In this document: positions 13,075 through 24,847 of the stretch, in pieces
Numbering within the stretch: position 1 is the stretch's first letter
How the letters are laid out: each line of letters opens with the position of its first letter
Assembly (NCBI GenBank): GCA_035221665.1
Contig: JAVHYY010000408.1
Coordinates: 124,001-188,000 of the forward strand
DNA from: Okamejei kenojei
Lineage: Eukaryota
Direction: 5' to 3'
DNA: 64,000 nt
Translations under genes and position numbers: made by a program
Notes under the pieces: model-generated
Database searches by the model: none
What the model was told of the DNA's origin: nothing
What the model saw: only the letters and a program-made list of their open reading frames with translations

Positions 13075-13900
13075 CACATAGAGATATTCAGAAAAGAAAT
13101 AGACTTTTTGGCCTAAGTTGTCCGTGCCGCCCAACATGTCACATGCACAGTAGCCCCACTCCCCGCGTTTGTCCCATATCGGACTCAGAGGACAGGTTTG
13201 TCCGACTCAGTGGGCAGGTTTAAGGTGAAAGGGGAAAGATTTAATGGGATTCTGAGGAGTAACACAAATGATGGCGCGTGTATGTAAGAAGCTGTCAGAG
13301 GAGGTAGTTGAGGTTGGGGATATCCCAAAGTTTAAGAAATAGTTAGACAGGTACATGGATTCGGCAGGATTGGTGAGAGATGAACCAATGGCAAGCCCGT
13401 GGCACTAGTGTAGCTGGAACATGTGTTCGGTGTTTGCCGAAGGCCGTTTCCGCGCTGACTGTATCTGTCTAAATGTTTTTTAAACGTGGCGTTAGAATAC
13501 CGGGCTCAAATACTTCCTCCGGGATCGTGTTCCAGACACCCACCACTAACTGTGTAAAAATGTTGCCCATCATGTTCCTACTGAACCTTTCCTGCTCACC
13601 TTAAACTCATTTCCTCCAGGTCTCGATTCCCATGATCTGCGCAACTGACTGTGGGGGAGGGGTGTGTGGGGTTGCATGGAACGCTCGTGATTCTGTACAC
13701 GTTTGAAGATAGGTCCTCGTTCTCGTGCGCTCCAAGAAATACTGTTCTAGCCTGCTCAACGTCTCACATTAGCTAAGGCCCTCGAATCCTGCCAACATCC
13801 ACGTTAGTATTCTCTGCACTCTTTCCAGCTTGACAAGATATTTCCTAAAACATGGTGGCCAAAACTGATCATTATAATTTTCAATGTGACCTCACCAACG
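13075..13900. mobile_element. Cluster of CR1 3'-end fragments in opposite orientations (paralog ~27850-28660)
   Basis: FTQ..GVWNKMPEEV and LVRSHLKY..QFW motifs on the minus strand, with a plus-strand tail at ~13215-13460. Confidence 0.65.
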
Positions 13901-13949
13901 AGGGTACGTCTGGCGAAACACTATGGTGAAGGCACCAGAATAAGAAAGG

Positions 13950-15820
13950 AGAAATTCTCGAACTTAATTACATGGTAGACGATCCATAGACAACCGCAGA
14001 TAGAGGATCAGGTATGTAGACATCTTAAAGAAGAATGTGAGCTCCACAGATTTTACCTAGTGGGTATCCTTAACTTCATCAATATTAACTGTTACATGCT
14101 CAGGGCAATAGGATTAGATGTGGCAAAAATTGTTAGGTGATTCCAAGAGGCTTTGCTTCAATATAATACGGATAGTCTGACTCGAGAAGGCACTGTATTA
14201 AACCTTGCATTGGGATGATAACCAGTTCAGGTGACTGGTGTAATCTGGAAGCGCTTATAGAAGCAGCGATCTGAAGTCCATAACTTATAACATCCTGTTT
14301 TGGATATTTTGGAATATACTTAATTGGGTTAGGGATCTTCAGAATCTCATCATGCAGAGGTGAAGGCCAGTAGTTTTGGAGCAGTTGTTATATGATTGGT
14401 CCACAGATCATATCTGGGATTCGTTGAAATACCAGCTGATCAAAGTGTAGGATCAGCATGTTACATTAAGGCGAGGGGATAAGGACGGCAAAGGAACCGT
14501 GGATGACCAAGTAATGTGGGAACCTGTATAGGAAGATAATGGAAGCATGTGTAAGGTTTAAGACTGTGGCATTATGAGGGTATTGTGTGTAATATAAAGG
14601 GATGAGGAAGAATTCAAGAAGGCGATTAGATGGGCCTGGGCGTTGGTGGGCGGGGGGGGGGGGGGCGGTGGGGGACGGTGGAGGGTGTTGGTGGATGGGG
14701 AGAAGGTATGAACGCTCTGGATAGGGAAGGGAATCGATGCATGGAAGCGAACGATACAGGTGAGGTACTAAAACAAGTATTTACATTTGTAGAAATTAGA
14801 GGGTAGCGAGGTCAGCGTGGAGAATACATGTAAGCTCGGTCTGTTATAAATGTTAAAGAGGTGGTGCTGAGGCGCTAGAACACCAACACGGTGGATAAGC
14901 CCACCGTACCTGATGGGATCTATCCCAGGTTATTGAAAGAGGAAATAGAGGAATTGCCGATTCCTAGTCGAGGATCTATGTTGCTACTGTAACCACAGGC
15001 GTGGTCCCATGGGACTTGAGAGTGGTCACTGTTGTTCCTTTGTTTCAGAAGGGAGGTAGAGACAATCAAGGGAACTACATACTAATGAGCCTCACCTCAG
15101 TGCCAGGCAACCTATTTTAGAGAATTCTTCGAGGTAAGACGGACACCGATTTGCAAGAAAATGAGCTAATCATGGCTAGCTTGCACGTAGTTCTACGTGG
15201 TAGGTTGTGCCTTATTAACTTGATTCAGTTATTTGAGATGACGAAGAAAATCGATGAATGTGGGGCGCTGGATGTGATCTACATGGATTTTAGTAAGGCT
15301 TTTGATAAGGTCACTTACGACAGATTGATCCAAAAGATTACGATGTAAAGGATTCATAATGGATTGTTCGTGTGTAATCGGAACTAAATAATTAACTGTC
15401 GACAAGGGATGTGGTGGGACATAGATATTCCGGCTCATTATGCAGTTGTATAACACTTTGATTAGGCCACATATAGACTATAGCGTGCAGTCCTCGTCGC
15501 CAGATCACAGGAAAGTTGCTTGTATTTTCAGATGGTTCACGGTAGCTTTACCATGATGCTGCCTGGGTTAGTGGGTTGGACGGCCTTTGATTGTTTTCGC
15601 AGGTTTAGATAGAGGAAATAGCTAATGTGAGAGAGGGACATTTCATTGAGATGTCCGGGACAAGTTTTTGCACAGACTGCCTGCAACGAATTGCCAGGGT
15701 TTATAATGGAGAAGGCAGAAACGTGGCGTGAATGAGGCTTTTAAATGGACACATTCCTGTGATGCACTGTTCTGTGTTCTGTGGTCTGTGTTATATGTTC
15801 TACGTTCTATGTTCTATATA
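13950..15820 (+). mobile_element. Degenerate CR1 ORF2 with 3' (ttcta)n tail (paralog ~28715-30600)
   Basis: PDGIYPRLLKE, VVPLF.KG, DVIYMDFSKAFDKV motifs. Ends in ttctgtg/ttctatg repeats. Confidence 0.8.
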
Positions 15821-17294
15821 ATTTAAAGGTCATTTTAGATTTAGGATGGGCTTCCACGACAACATATGGCCAGCTGGAGTAAGATGAATGTTGTAAACCA
15901 GACAAAGGGTAATACCACTGAGTAAGCGTTCTTTATTACACCCATTATCAGACACATGGGAAGATGTTTATTCAAATCGTCAAGACGGAACTGAAAGTTG
16001 TACGTTACTCTGAGTGATCACAAATAAATGTTGACACCTGAATAACTATTTACAAATAAAAAAAACCGCATGTAATGATTGTGTCGCGAGAATATAAAAA
16101 GGATGTGGGCGCTTTGAATCATTAAACACTGTGTAGATTGGTTACATTACTTACTAACCAATGTATTGCTTTATCAATGTAAGCTCCGACTACTACTACA
16201 CGATTTATATTATCGCAATGAGACGTGCTGTTAGTTGATGTAATTGATATGCTGCTGTGTTTTGTATATGTTACTCAATAAATACTGTTGTACTAGATAC
16301 GTGAGTATGTGTGATTTGCTCAACACACTGTGAGTTCTACCAGAGTGTTTCGCACTATATACTGGCATCGCCTCTAGAAAATCGGCGTGTGCGAAACTCA
16401 TCGTTGTTCTGCGCCATTGAACAGCGAGCATGCCTTTCGGCTGGAAGAGAGGAATCCTAGGTGAGCTTCAGTGCGGACATTTTATAAAGCCCACCTAGGG
16501 AGAGCTTGAATACCCACATCCCCGTTCAACTGTGTCTCACTCTATAACGTCTACAGTGTCTCTATAGTTGTCTTCCCTTTTCTTGCGCAACTGCACGGTT
16601 CATTCAAACCTCAAGGGGGAGAAGACCATTTTAGCATCATTTTTTAGGTGTTGCTAGACTGGTTTCCTGGAACGAAAATGAAAACGTAACCCCTATAACT
16701 GATGGACATTCAGAATTTATCGCTACACGGCTCTTCTCTAACAGTTTAATTTTGCGCTTTGTTATCATTGCAATTACACCTAAAAATAATTCTTGAGCTG
16801 AGGCACCTGAGCGGCCAAGTGTATTATTAACGGACTCTCGGCAAACCCCTCTCGCTTTTTTCACGTTTTATTCAGCATACATCATTCAATACTCCAAAGA
16901 TAACACATAATGCCCTCTAGTTGTTTCCCCGTTACTTGCAATGTGGCGCACACTGATCTATTGGCAAGACTCATGCATTTTTGCAAAAACAGATATCCCA
17001 TCCTTCACTCTATTACGACAGACGGCAATGTCTGACGAGAAATATTGTGTGTTCCATGGTGACAAAAGCCGCTAGGTCTATGACTGACCCGCCGTGGCAC
17101 TCCTGCATTTCGTGACTATCTCTCTTTTTATAACTACAAATTTTGCATTAATGCTGGAGAAACTGGATGGAGCGGAGCTTTGGATGTGGTGCCCGCGATT
17201 CTAGCTGGGATGCTGGCAATTGGAAGATCATATTTTTACAACAAATAATGGAAAGTTGAAACCGGGACAAAAATATACATTCTGTCAGAATAAT

Positions 17295-18211
17295 TTATTT
17301 TAATCCACTGAGGCAGTTTTCAAACACCACCAGAGGATATTTCACCGCCTTCTTCAACTCCTGTCTGAATTTAGCCTGGGTCACTGCGTAAATAAAGGAA
17401 TTCGTGCAGAAGCTGAGGGTCGAGAGCATGTTACTGCTTTCTTGGAGAATGTAACGCGGGTTTCTGAAACTTAAACCGGAGAAATAAGGACCGCCTTTAA
17501 TCCGAATGAACAAAAAATTAACGACATGCGTAAACCACAAACACAGAAAACTGGCGGAGATGCTGAAAAGCAAAATTATGGATTTTCTCCGGTTCTCCAT
17601 TTCTGCATCTTTCCCCTCCTCGCGCTCCTTGTTACCGCGAAGTGCATTGCGGATTCTGTTGGACACCAATACGTGTCTGATAGTCAGAACATTGAACAAA
17701 AATATCAGAAGGAAAGGAAGAGAAGGTGTTAAAATGTGATCCAGCCAATCGTAGGCTTTCCAGGCAGGTTCAGTGTAGAAGCTTAACTTATAGTCACAAA
17801 ACCAGGGCACTCCGTCCACTGTATACAATGGTTGGTATACAAAGTAGTAAGGGGCGTTCTTTACACCGCTCAGGGCACAGACAACAGCTATTACCACAGC
17901 CGCGGTTTTCTTCGTGCAGTAACTATCTTTTAGCTGCCGGCAGCAAATGGCTGCGAATCGATCGAAGGTGAATGCAACAGTCAGCCACACCGATGAATCC
18001 GTGCTTGTATAAATCATCACCGTGCTCAAACTACAGGCGGGAGTGGTGGAGAAGAAACTGTTAATAAAGTAGATCCCAGTTATTCGATTCAGTATCACGG
18101 CGGAGACGATTACCAGCAGATCCGTCACCGCCATGGCCACGAGGTAATACGTAACACATTTGGAGAGTCCACACCTCGCTCGCGATAGGATCACAACGGC
18201 CGCTATGCTCG
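17295..18211 (-). CDS. GPR139/GPR142-like class A GPCR, gene G1, coding exon 2 (end of TM1 to stop)
   Basis: Open frame with TM segments and family motifs ILSRARCGLSKCVTYYLVAMAVTDLL, SVWLTVAFTFDRFAAIC, LPFLLI, RRKSIILLFSISASF..W, NML..CTNSFIY. Acceptor ttgtttctcttaacAG at 18213-18212, phase 1. With exon 1 gives 328 aa. Confidence 0.93.
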
Positions 18212-18784
18212 CTGTTAAGAGAAACAACGGTAAGGGTAAAGGAGTAACGATAATGGAATGTTTGATGTAGTTTAAAAGAGAGTGGTTGACCACAAATCGC
18301 TCTAAAACAGCTTGGAGGAGAGTGTTTAACGACCGATTCCAGGGATTGCGGGCCCGAGAGGCAGGCATTGCCTCACTGGAGTTTAGGAGAATGAGAAATG
18401 ATCTTACAAAGAACACCAGCATTCAAACAATACTGTAAAGGGGAGGGGGGTATGTTGTTGATGACATCCAGAATCAACATTCAAGTCATTTGATACGTCA
18501 TCACATTTGAACCGTGAGCTGGCGAAATGTCATCCCACAAATGGCGATGAACGTCTGCAGCAGAAAGCAGTGGAACCCATGTCATTGCACATTTTCCGGA
18601 GGAGGTGGTTGTTTTTTATCAATAGTGAAATAATACCAAAATGCATGATTCCCCCATGCAACCGGTGAACCATAGAGCAGCTGACGGGCCGCTTAATTTA
18701 TCTTTGCTCCTATTTGATTCGTTTCTATGTCGCTGGGAGATTGCAGAAGACGTGGTTTGGTTCCATTGTTGAATTCAGCACTCC

Positions 18785-20330
18785 ATGTGAATTCACAACT
18801 CTCTCTGTGAAAAGATTTTTCCTCATCTCCGTTCTAAATAGCTTTCCCCTTATTCTTAAACGGTGGTCCCTGGTTCCCCGACATCGGCAACATATTTCGA
18901 GCCTCTAGTGTGTCCAAACATTGAAAATTATATGTTTCAAAAAGATCCCCTCTCATCCTTCTAAATTCCAGAGTATTCAAGCCCAGCCACTACATTCTAT
19001 CTACAGATAATGGTCCCGCCTTCCCGGAAATTCACCTCGTGAGCCTATTCCCCCAATAGCAAGCATGTCCTTCAAATTTTGGAAACAAAACTGCATACAA
19101 TACTCCAGGTGTGGTCTCACTAGGGCCCTGCACAAATGCAGAAGGACCTGTTTGCTACTATACTCAACTCCTCTTTTTATGAAGACCAACATGCCATTTG
19201 CTTTCTTCACTGCCTGCTGTACCTGTATGCTTACTTTCAGTGACTGTTGAACTAGGACCCGCAGATCTCGTTGTACATCCCCTTTTCCCAACCTGACACA
19301 GTTGAGATAATAATCCGTTCAGATAAAAATCTTGTTTTTCCAACCTCACTTAACCTCACATGTATCCACATTAAACTGTATCTGCCATGCATCTGCCCAC
19401 TCGCCCAACCTGTCAAAGGCACCCTGCATCCTCATAGCATAATTCTCACAAATCATTGACATATAATGCGGTCCCAGCACAGAGTCTTGCGGTACCCCAC
19501 TAATCACTGCATACCATTCTGAAAAGGACCCGTTAAACCCTACAGTTTCTTACCTCTCTGCCAACCAATTTTCAATCCATGTCAGAACCCTACACCCAGT
19601 AACATGAGCTCTAATTTTGCTCAATAAACTCCTATGTGGGACCTTATCAAATGCTTTCTGAAAGTCCAGGTGCACTACCACCACTGGCTCTCCCATGTCC
19701 AATTTCCTACTTAAATTTCCAAAAAATTCCTGAAGATTAATCAAATAGGATTTCCTCTTCGTACGTCCATGTTGACTCGGACCGATCCTGTTACTGCTAT
19801 CCAAATATGTCGCTTACATATATATTTCATCTTTTATAATTGATTCCAACATCTTCCCCACCACGGATTCGGGCTAACTGATCTAGAATTCCCTGTTTTC
19901 ACTCTCCCGTCTTTCTTAGAAAGTGGGATGACATTAGCTACCCTCCAATCCACAGGAACTGATCCTGAATCTATAGAACATTGGAACATGATCACCAATC
20001 CGTCCACGATTTCTAGGGCCATTTCCGTAAGTACCCTGGAATGCAGACCTTCAGGCTCTGGGGATTTATCAGCCATCAGTCCCATACTCTACCGAAAACT
20101 ATTTCCTGCCAAATATGAATTTCATTCAGTTTCTCCGTCTCCCTAGTTCATCTGGCCACTATTATAACAGGGAGGTTGTTTGTGTCTTCCTTAGTTCAGA
20201 CGGATCCAAGTATATGTTATACTCGTCTGCCATTTCCTGGTTCCCCATAATAAAATCATCTGTTTCAGCCTTCAAGGGTCCAACTTTGGTCTAAACCATG
20301 TTTTTCCTCTACACATACGTAAATAAGCTG
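18785..20330 (-). mobile_element. CR1 RT fragment in the G1 intron (paralogs ~33590-35950, ~42010-43689, ~60940-63310)
   Basis: LDFQKAFDKVPH, GVPQDSVLGP, FADDTKLGG (35402 copy) and RALVRPHLEYC motifs. Confidence 0.88.
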
Positions 20331-20762
20331 TACCTATGTCCGATGCTTCCCGCTTTCTTCTGCTCACTTGGGGCGATCAACAGAATCAGCAGAGTTGGAA
20401 TGGGAGAGACTCCCGGTCAGGCCTATCAGTGAAATGCAAGATTAAACGTGAGTGATAACAGTAAGTTGCAAGATGTTGAAAAACGGGCAATATATTTTCT
20501 TCAATGTGGGGAAGTCCATACTGCGACCATTGAAGCATGTTCAGTTTCAACCTAACTGTAGAAAAACAGGAGAAAATTGCATGATATTGAAGTTTTTGGA
20601 AAAGGAATTTCGACTTTGCATACTTGGTTACGTGGGATACGTCCAGTTTTTTTCTGGAATCGGTGCTTTTCTGAGATTGAGACCAATGCTTTCCTGTCCA
20701 TCACAATGGGTCTCTTCTGTATCGTGCTGTGCACGAGTCTCTTCGATGTCAAGCAGCCCCGC

Positions 20763-21753
20763 TCTAGCTCCCCTTTTCCCATGTCGCAGCAGGGACAGAG
20801 ACCCCCTACTCGTTACCTTTCACCCCGTCAGCCATCGCATACAACACATAATCCTCCGACATTTTGCCAACCTGCAAAGGGATCCCACCACTAGCCACTT
20901 ATTTCCATCTCCACACTTTCTGCATTCGTCAAAGACGGGTCCTTCCACATCTCCCTGGTTACTTCATCCCATTCTCGCCAAATCACCGCCATCCAAGGGA
21001 CTTTTGCCTGCAACTGCAGAATATGCAACCCCTGTCCCAATACCACCGTCGTCGACACCGTCCAAGGATCCCGACGTTCTTTTCAGATGAGGCAGAGGTA
21101 CACTTGGACCTCCTTGAACCTCATGTACCGTACCACCTTTCCAATTGTGGATTCCAATATATCGGCGAGATTAAGCACACGCTTGGCGTTCATTTCGCTG
21201 AACACGTCTGCTCAGTCCGCCAAGGCACACGCGATCTACTAGTTGCTGAACACCTTAACTCCCCCTCCCAGTCCCACAGTGACCTTTCTATCGTCTGCCT
21301 CCTCCACTGTCAGGTTGAGGACCAACGGGAATTGTAGGCCCAACACCTCATATTTCGCTTGTGCAGCTTACACCCCAGTGGTATGAATATTGATTTGGCT
21401 AACTACAAGTATCAGTTGCTTCCCCACTCTCTCCATTCCTCCCCATCCCAGTTCTCCGACTTGTGTTTCTGTGCTCCTGATTAATTGTTACTGATGGTAT
21501 GCCTCCTTCTCAACTTCGCCTCAGCTAACAATGTACATATCCATGATTATCATCCCCTATGATCTGTATTTGTATACCTTACCTTTCCATATCTCCATGT
21601 CTCCCTCTCCCCCGACTCACAGTCTGAAGAAAAGTCTCGAATAGAAACGTCACCCATCATTTCTCTCCAGATATGTTGCATGATCCGCTGAATGTTTCCA
21701 GCGTTTTCTGTCTAGTTTCAGTGTAAACCAGCATCTGTAGATCCTTCCTGCAC
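20763..21753 (+). mobile_element. Penelope-like retroelement 3' part (paralog of 5483-6445)
   Basis: NCGFQYIGEIKHTLGVHFAEHVCSVR..LLVAEHLNSPSQSH, a GIY-YIG domain, followed by the same tail. Confidence 0.85.
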
Positions 21754-22034
21754 AATTGCAATCTGTTTTGTTTCATTTTAAAGCAGGAAAGGGAGTAGAA
21801 AATTCAGCATCTCACAGAAATGTCACCTCATCTTCTTATTCGACAACGTATCTCCCAAACACGGGCACCGCCGCTGTTGCAATAAACGGACGGTGCGGTG
21901 TTTATGTCCGAACTTGTTGCAATGGCAAAATAGAATAGAATGCAATAAATTCAGAAAGGGGTTGTTCCAGGTCATATTTACATATGAAGTGAAGTGCAGT
22001 GTAATCGAACAAAACATTAAATTAACTAAATTAC

Positions 22035-22819
22035 TGTAGATGAATCACCATTAGTTGATGTGATCCATGTCTGGTTCTACCGGTGTACACCTGATCCGAA
22101 TTCCAGTTCAGGTCTTCCACTATGTTATCTTGTGTGCCAATTCGGCGGTTATTTAGATTCATCTTACGGCTTGAACCTGCAACAGTTCCGTGCGTTCGCT
22201 CTACATGTTTATGCTAATAATGAACATACACGAAGCTGAAATTCACCTGTGATGTCAACCGTGAACTCCCCTACGGAAAAGACTGTTCCGAAACCAGTGT
22301 TGATTGAGCCACCACCTGCCGTGCTGTCAGCTGCAAAGAGTAGGGCAGTGGCCCGTCCCGTGCGCCTGCGAGACGGGTTTGTAAGCCCAATCCAAGTACA
22401 AAGACTGTGTTTGGACACTCATCACATACTTTAATTGATTGAGGTCTTCTTCGTTTCCTTTGTATCTTGCTCATTTCGTACCCTCCATTGCTTAGCTGAC
22501 GCTTACATCCTTATATTGTGATGTTTGAAATTGTAGTTTTATATACTTGTATTTAGTTGCGAGTTGATGCTTAAGAATGAGGATGTAAATCAATCACCAT
22601 TAGTTGATGTGATCCATGTCTGTCTTTATTGTTGTACATCTGATCTGTAATCCAGTTCAAGTCTTCCACCATGTCATCTAGTGTGCCAGTTCGTAGGTTC
22701 TTTTGATTCATCTTGGAACTTGAACCGACAACAGTTAGATATAATCGCTCTACATGCTTATGCTAATAACTAACTTATATACGAAGCTGAACGACTCAGT
22801 GTTTAAACATATTCGTACA
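22035..22819 (+). mobile_element. Internally deleted LTR retrotransposon (785 bp); 3' LTR 22584-22819; partial copy at 49075-49634
   Basis: TG...TACA ends, 5-bp TSD ATTAC (22030-22034, 22820-22824), PPT-like aagaatgagga, and a pol C-terminus-like RRVCKPNPKYKD remnant. Confidence 0.8.
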
Positions 22820-23447
22820 ATTACACTCTTTGAAAAACAGATCCGTAATGCAGTTAATGACACATACGATGAATAATACAGCAGAAAACTCCCAACTGGA
22901 CAGAACCACAGCATTGAACATAGTTTTTAATTTAATATGTTTACAACTGCCCTGCACCATAAAATGGAAATTAATATCCACGCAATGCCACTTAATGTAC
23001 CGGAGGAACAATGTACACGTTCGCACCTCACCTTTTTACTGTAATAGTGCAGAATGATAATTAATGCATTATAGTTTATTTATTATAACAAACGATTTTA
23101 AAACAGTGGGTGTGAATATTTTATGACAGATAATCGCTCGTGTTAAGCTTAAGGTGGAGGGTGAAGCCACACACTGATATTCACGTCATCTTAATTCATA
23201 TGCCAAAAGCCTAAACCGTCATCAATGAGCATTCACATGCAAACAGCAGAATGTCACTGAGTATCAGCAGCATCGCATACAGATGAGCAAACACGGGAGA
23301 TTTGCAGACGGGATACGTGATTTCAGTGGATGAGTCAGAGTCTCAGATGACGAAAATCCTATTAAGTGAAAAGTAGGAGTCACAGTTATGGATATACACA
23401 AATTTAGGTAAACGGATTTGGACCCGTTCAATAGAGGTGAAACTTAC

Positions 23448-23517
23448 GTGGAACTCCAATGATTGCGAGAAAGGGGTAATAAATGGCAAACACAAGCCCA
23501 CTTGCCGGTCCGTGCAT
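23448..23517 (-). CDS. GPCR gene G1 coding exon 1 (MHGPASGLVFAIYYPFLAIIGVP +1 nt)
   Basis: ATG at 23517, 70 nt, donor GTAAGT at 23447-23442. Phase matches the exon 2 acceptor. Supplies the missing TM1 half (YY..L..IG.P, as in GPR139 exon 1). Intron 18212-23447. Confidence 0.88.
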
Positions 23518-23564
23518 TGTCTTCAATGGGCGACCTGTATTCCCCAAACATCCAGCATGTCGCA

Positions 23565-23592
23565 CTTATATTTTTTGCGAGAATCCCAGGAG
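23565..23592 (-). promoter_or_regulatory. Candidate core promoter of G1: TATAAG plus an O/E(EBF)-like TCCCAGGAG; equivalents at 9931-9958 and 50373-50400
   Basis: TATAAG about 50 nt upstream of the ATG in all five copies. TCCCAGGAG lies about 14 nt further upstream. Motif match only. Confidence 0.35.
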
Positions 23593-24223
23593 AGTCAATG
23601 TATCTTAATGTTATCCACAGTTCGAACGATCACGAGTGCTGCCATTCAGATTCATGGCATTGTTGTTTTTAACACTCCACTGTAACGGAATACATGCCCG
23701 AAATTGAAACAAATAACACACATTGGATAATCAACAGATTATGAACGTTTCCCCGACAAAATAATATCTAGATGTTTGTTCCCAGCTCTGTTTATTGTCC
23801 GATGTTACTTTACCTCCAACGTTCGAGCACATCACATCCAATGAGTTCCAACGAAATCAAAGTTAAAATAAAACTCGGCCACCAAGAAAGCGTCACATCA
23901 GGAACATTCAATTTTCCTAAACGCACACTGTGATATTAATGCGACCAAGCGAGATTAATCCAGCCAATGTTCTTTCTGGTGAGTAAATATAGTTGGAGCA
24001 TTCAAAGTATACCGCTCAGCTTCTGCCTCATCATTGCTGATTTTATTATGGACCTCTCCCTTTGACGGTCGCTCTGCTTGTGATAACATCTTTGTTAATC
24101 TTTACCAAATACCGTTTCAGATTCGCCTTAATAAATCGGATTCAACAAGTGACTTGCTTGATTAAGGCGTAGCCGACCTTTCTTTAAAGTTGAATGTCCA
24201 TCAATCCCACCAGCCAGTGTTTG

Positions 24224-24847
24224 TAAGGATTTGAGTACAAGAGCAGGGAGGTTCTACTGCAGTTGTACAGGGTCTTGGTGAGGCCACACCTGGAGTATTG
24301 CGTACAGTTTTGGTCTCCTAATCTGAGGAAAGACATTCTTGCCATAGAGGGACTACAGAGATTGTTCACCAGACTGTTTCCTGGAATGGCACGACTTCCA
24401 TATGAAGAAAGATTGGATAGACTTGGCTTGTATTCGCTGGAATTTAGAAGTTTGAGGGGTGATCTCATAGAGACTTACAAAATTCTTAAGGGGTTGCACA
24501 GGCTAGATGCAGGAAGATTGTTACCGATGTTGGGGAAGTCCAAGACAAGGGGTCACAGTTTAAGGATAAGGGGGAAGTCTTTTAGGACCGAGATGAGAAA
24601 ATCGTTTTTCACACAGAGAGTGGTGAATCTGTGGAATTATCTGCCACAGAAGGTAGTTGAGGCCAGTTCGTTGGCCATATTTAACAGGGAGTTGGATGTG
24701 GCCCTTGTGGCTGAAGGGATCATGGGGTATGGAGAGAAGGCAGGTACAGGATACTGTGTTGGATGATCAGCCATGATCATATTGAATGGCGGATTAGGCT
24801 CGAAGGGCCGAATGGCCTGCTCCTGCACCTAATTTCTATGTTTCTAT
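24224..24847 (+). mobile_element. Young 5'-truncated CR1 insertion
   Basis: Open YRVLVRPHLEYCVQFWSP.. ORF, (tttctatg)n tail, TSD gtgtttg (24217-24223 / 24848-24854). Empty sites at ~10579, ~38442, ~51018. Confidence 0.92.

Noticed and set aside
13215-13610. Long imperfect inverted repeat suggesting a MITE or hairpin RNA
   Set aside because: Explained by two old CR1 3' ends lying tail to tail, and the arms are highly diverged.
18212-18422. 70-aa N-terminal extension of the 375-aa ORF (and the poly-Pro N-terminus at 41577-41706)
   Set aside because: Lies upstream of a clear splice acceptor, differs between paralogs, and the poly-Pro is a poly-G tract. It is intron.
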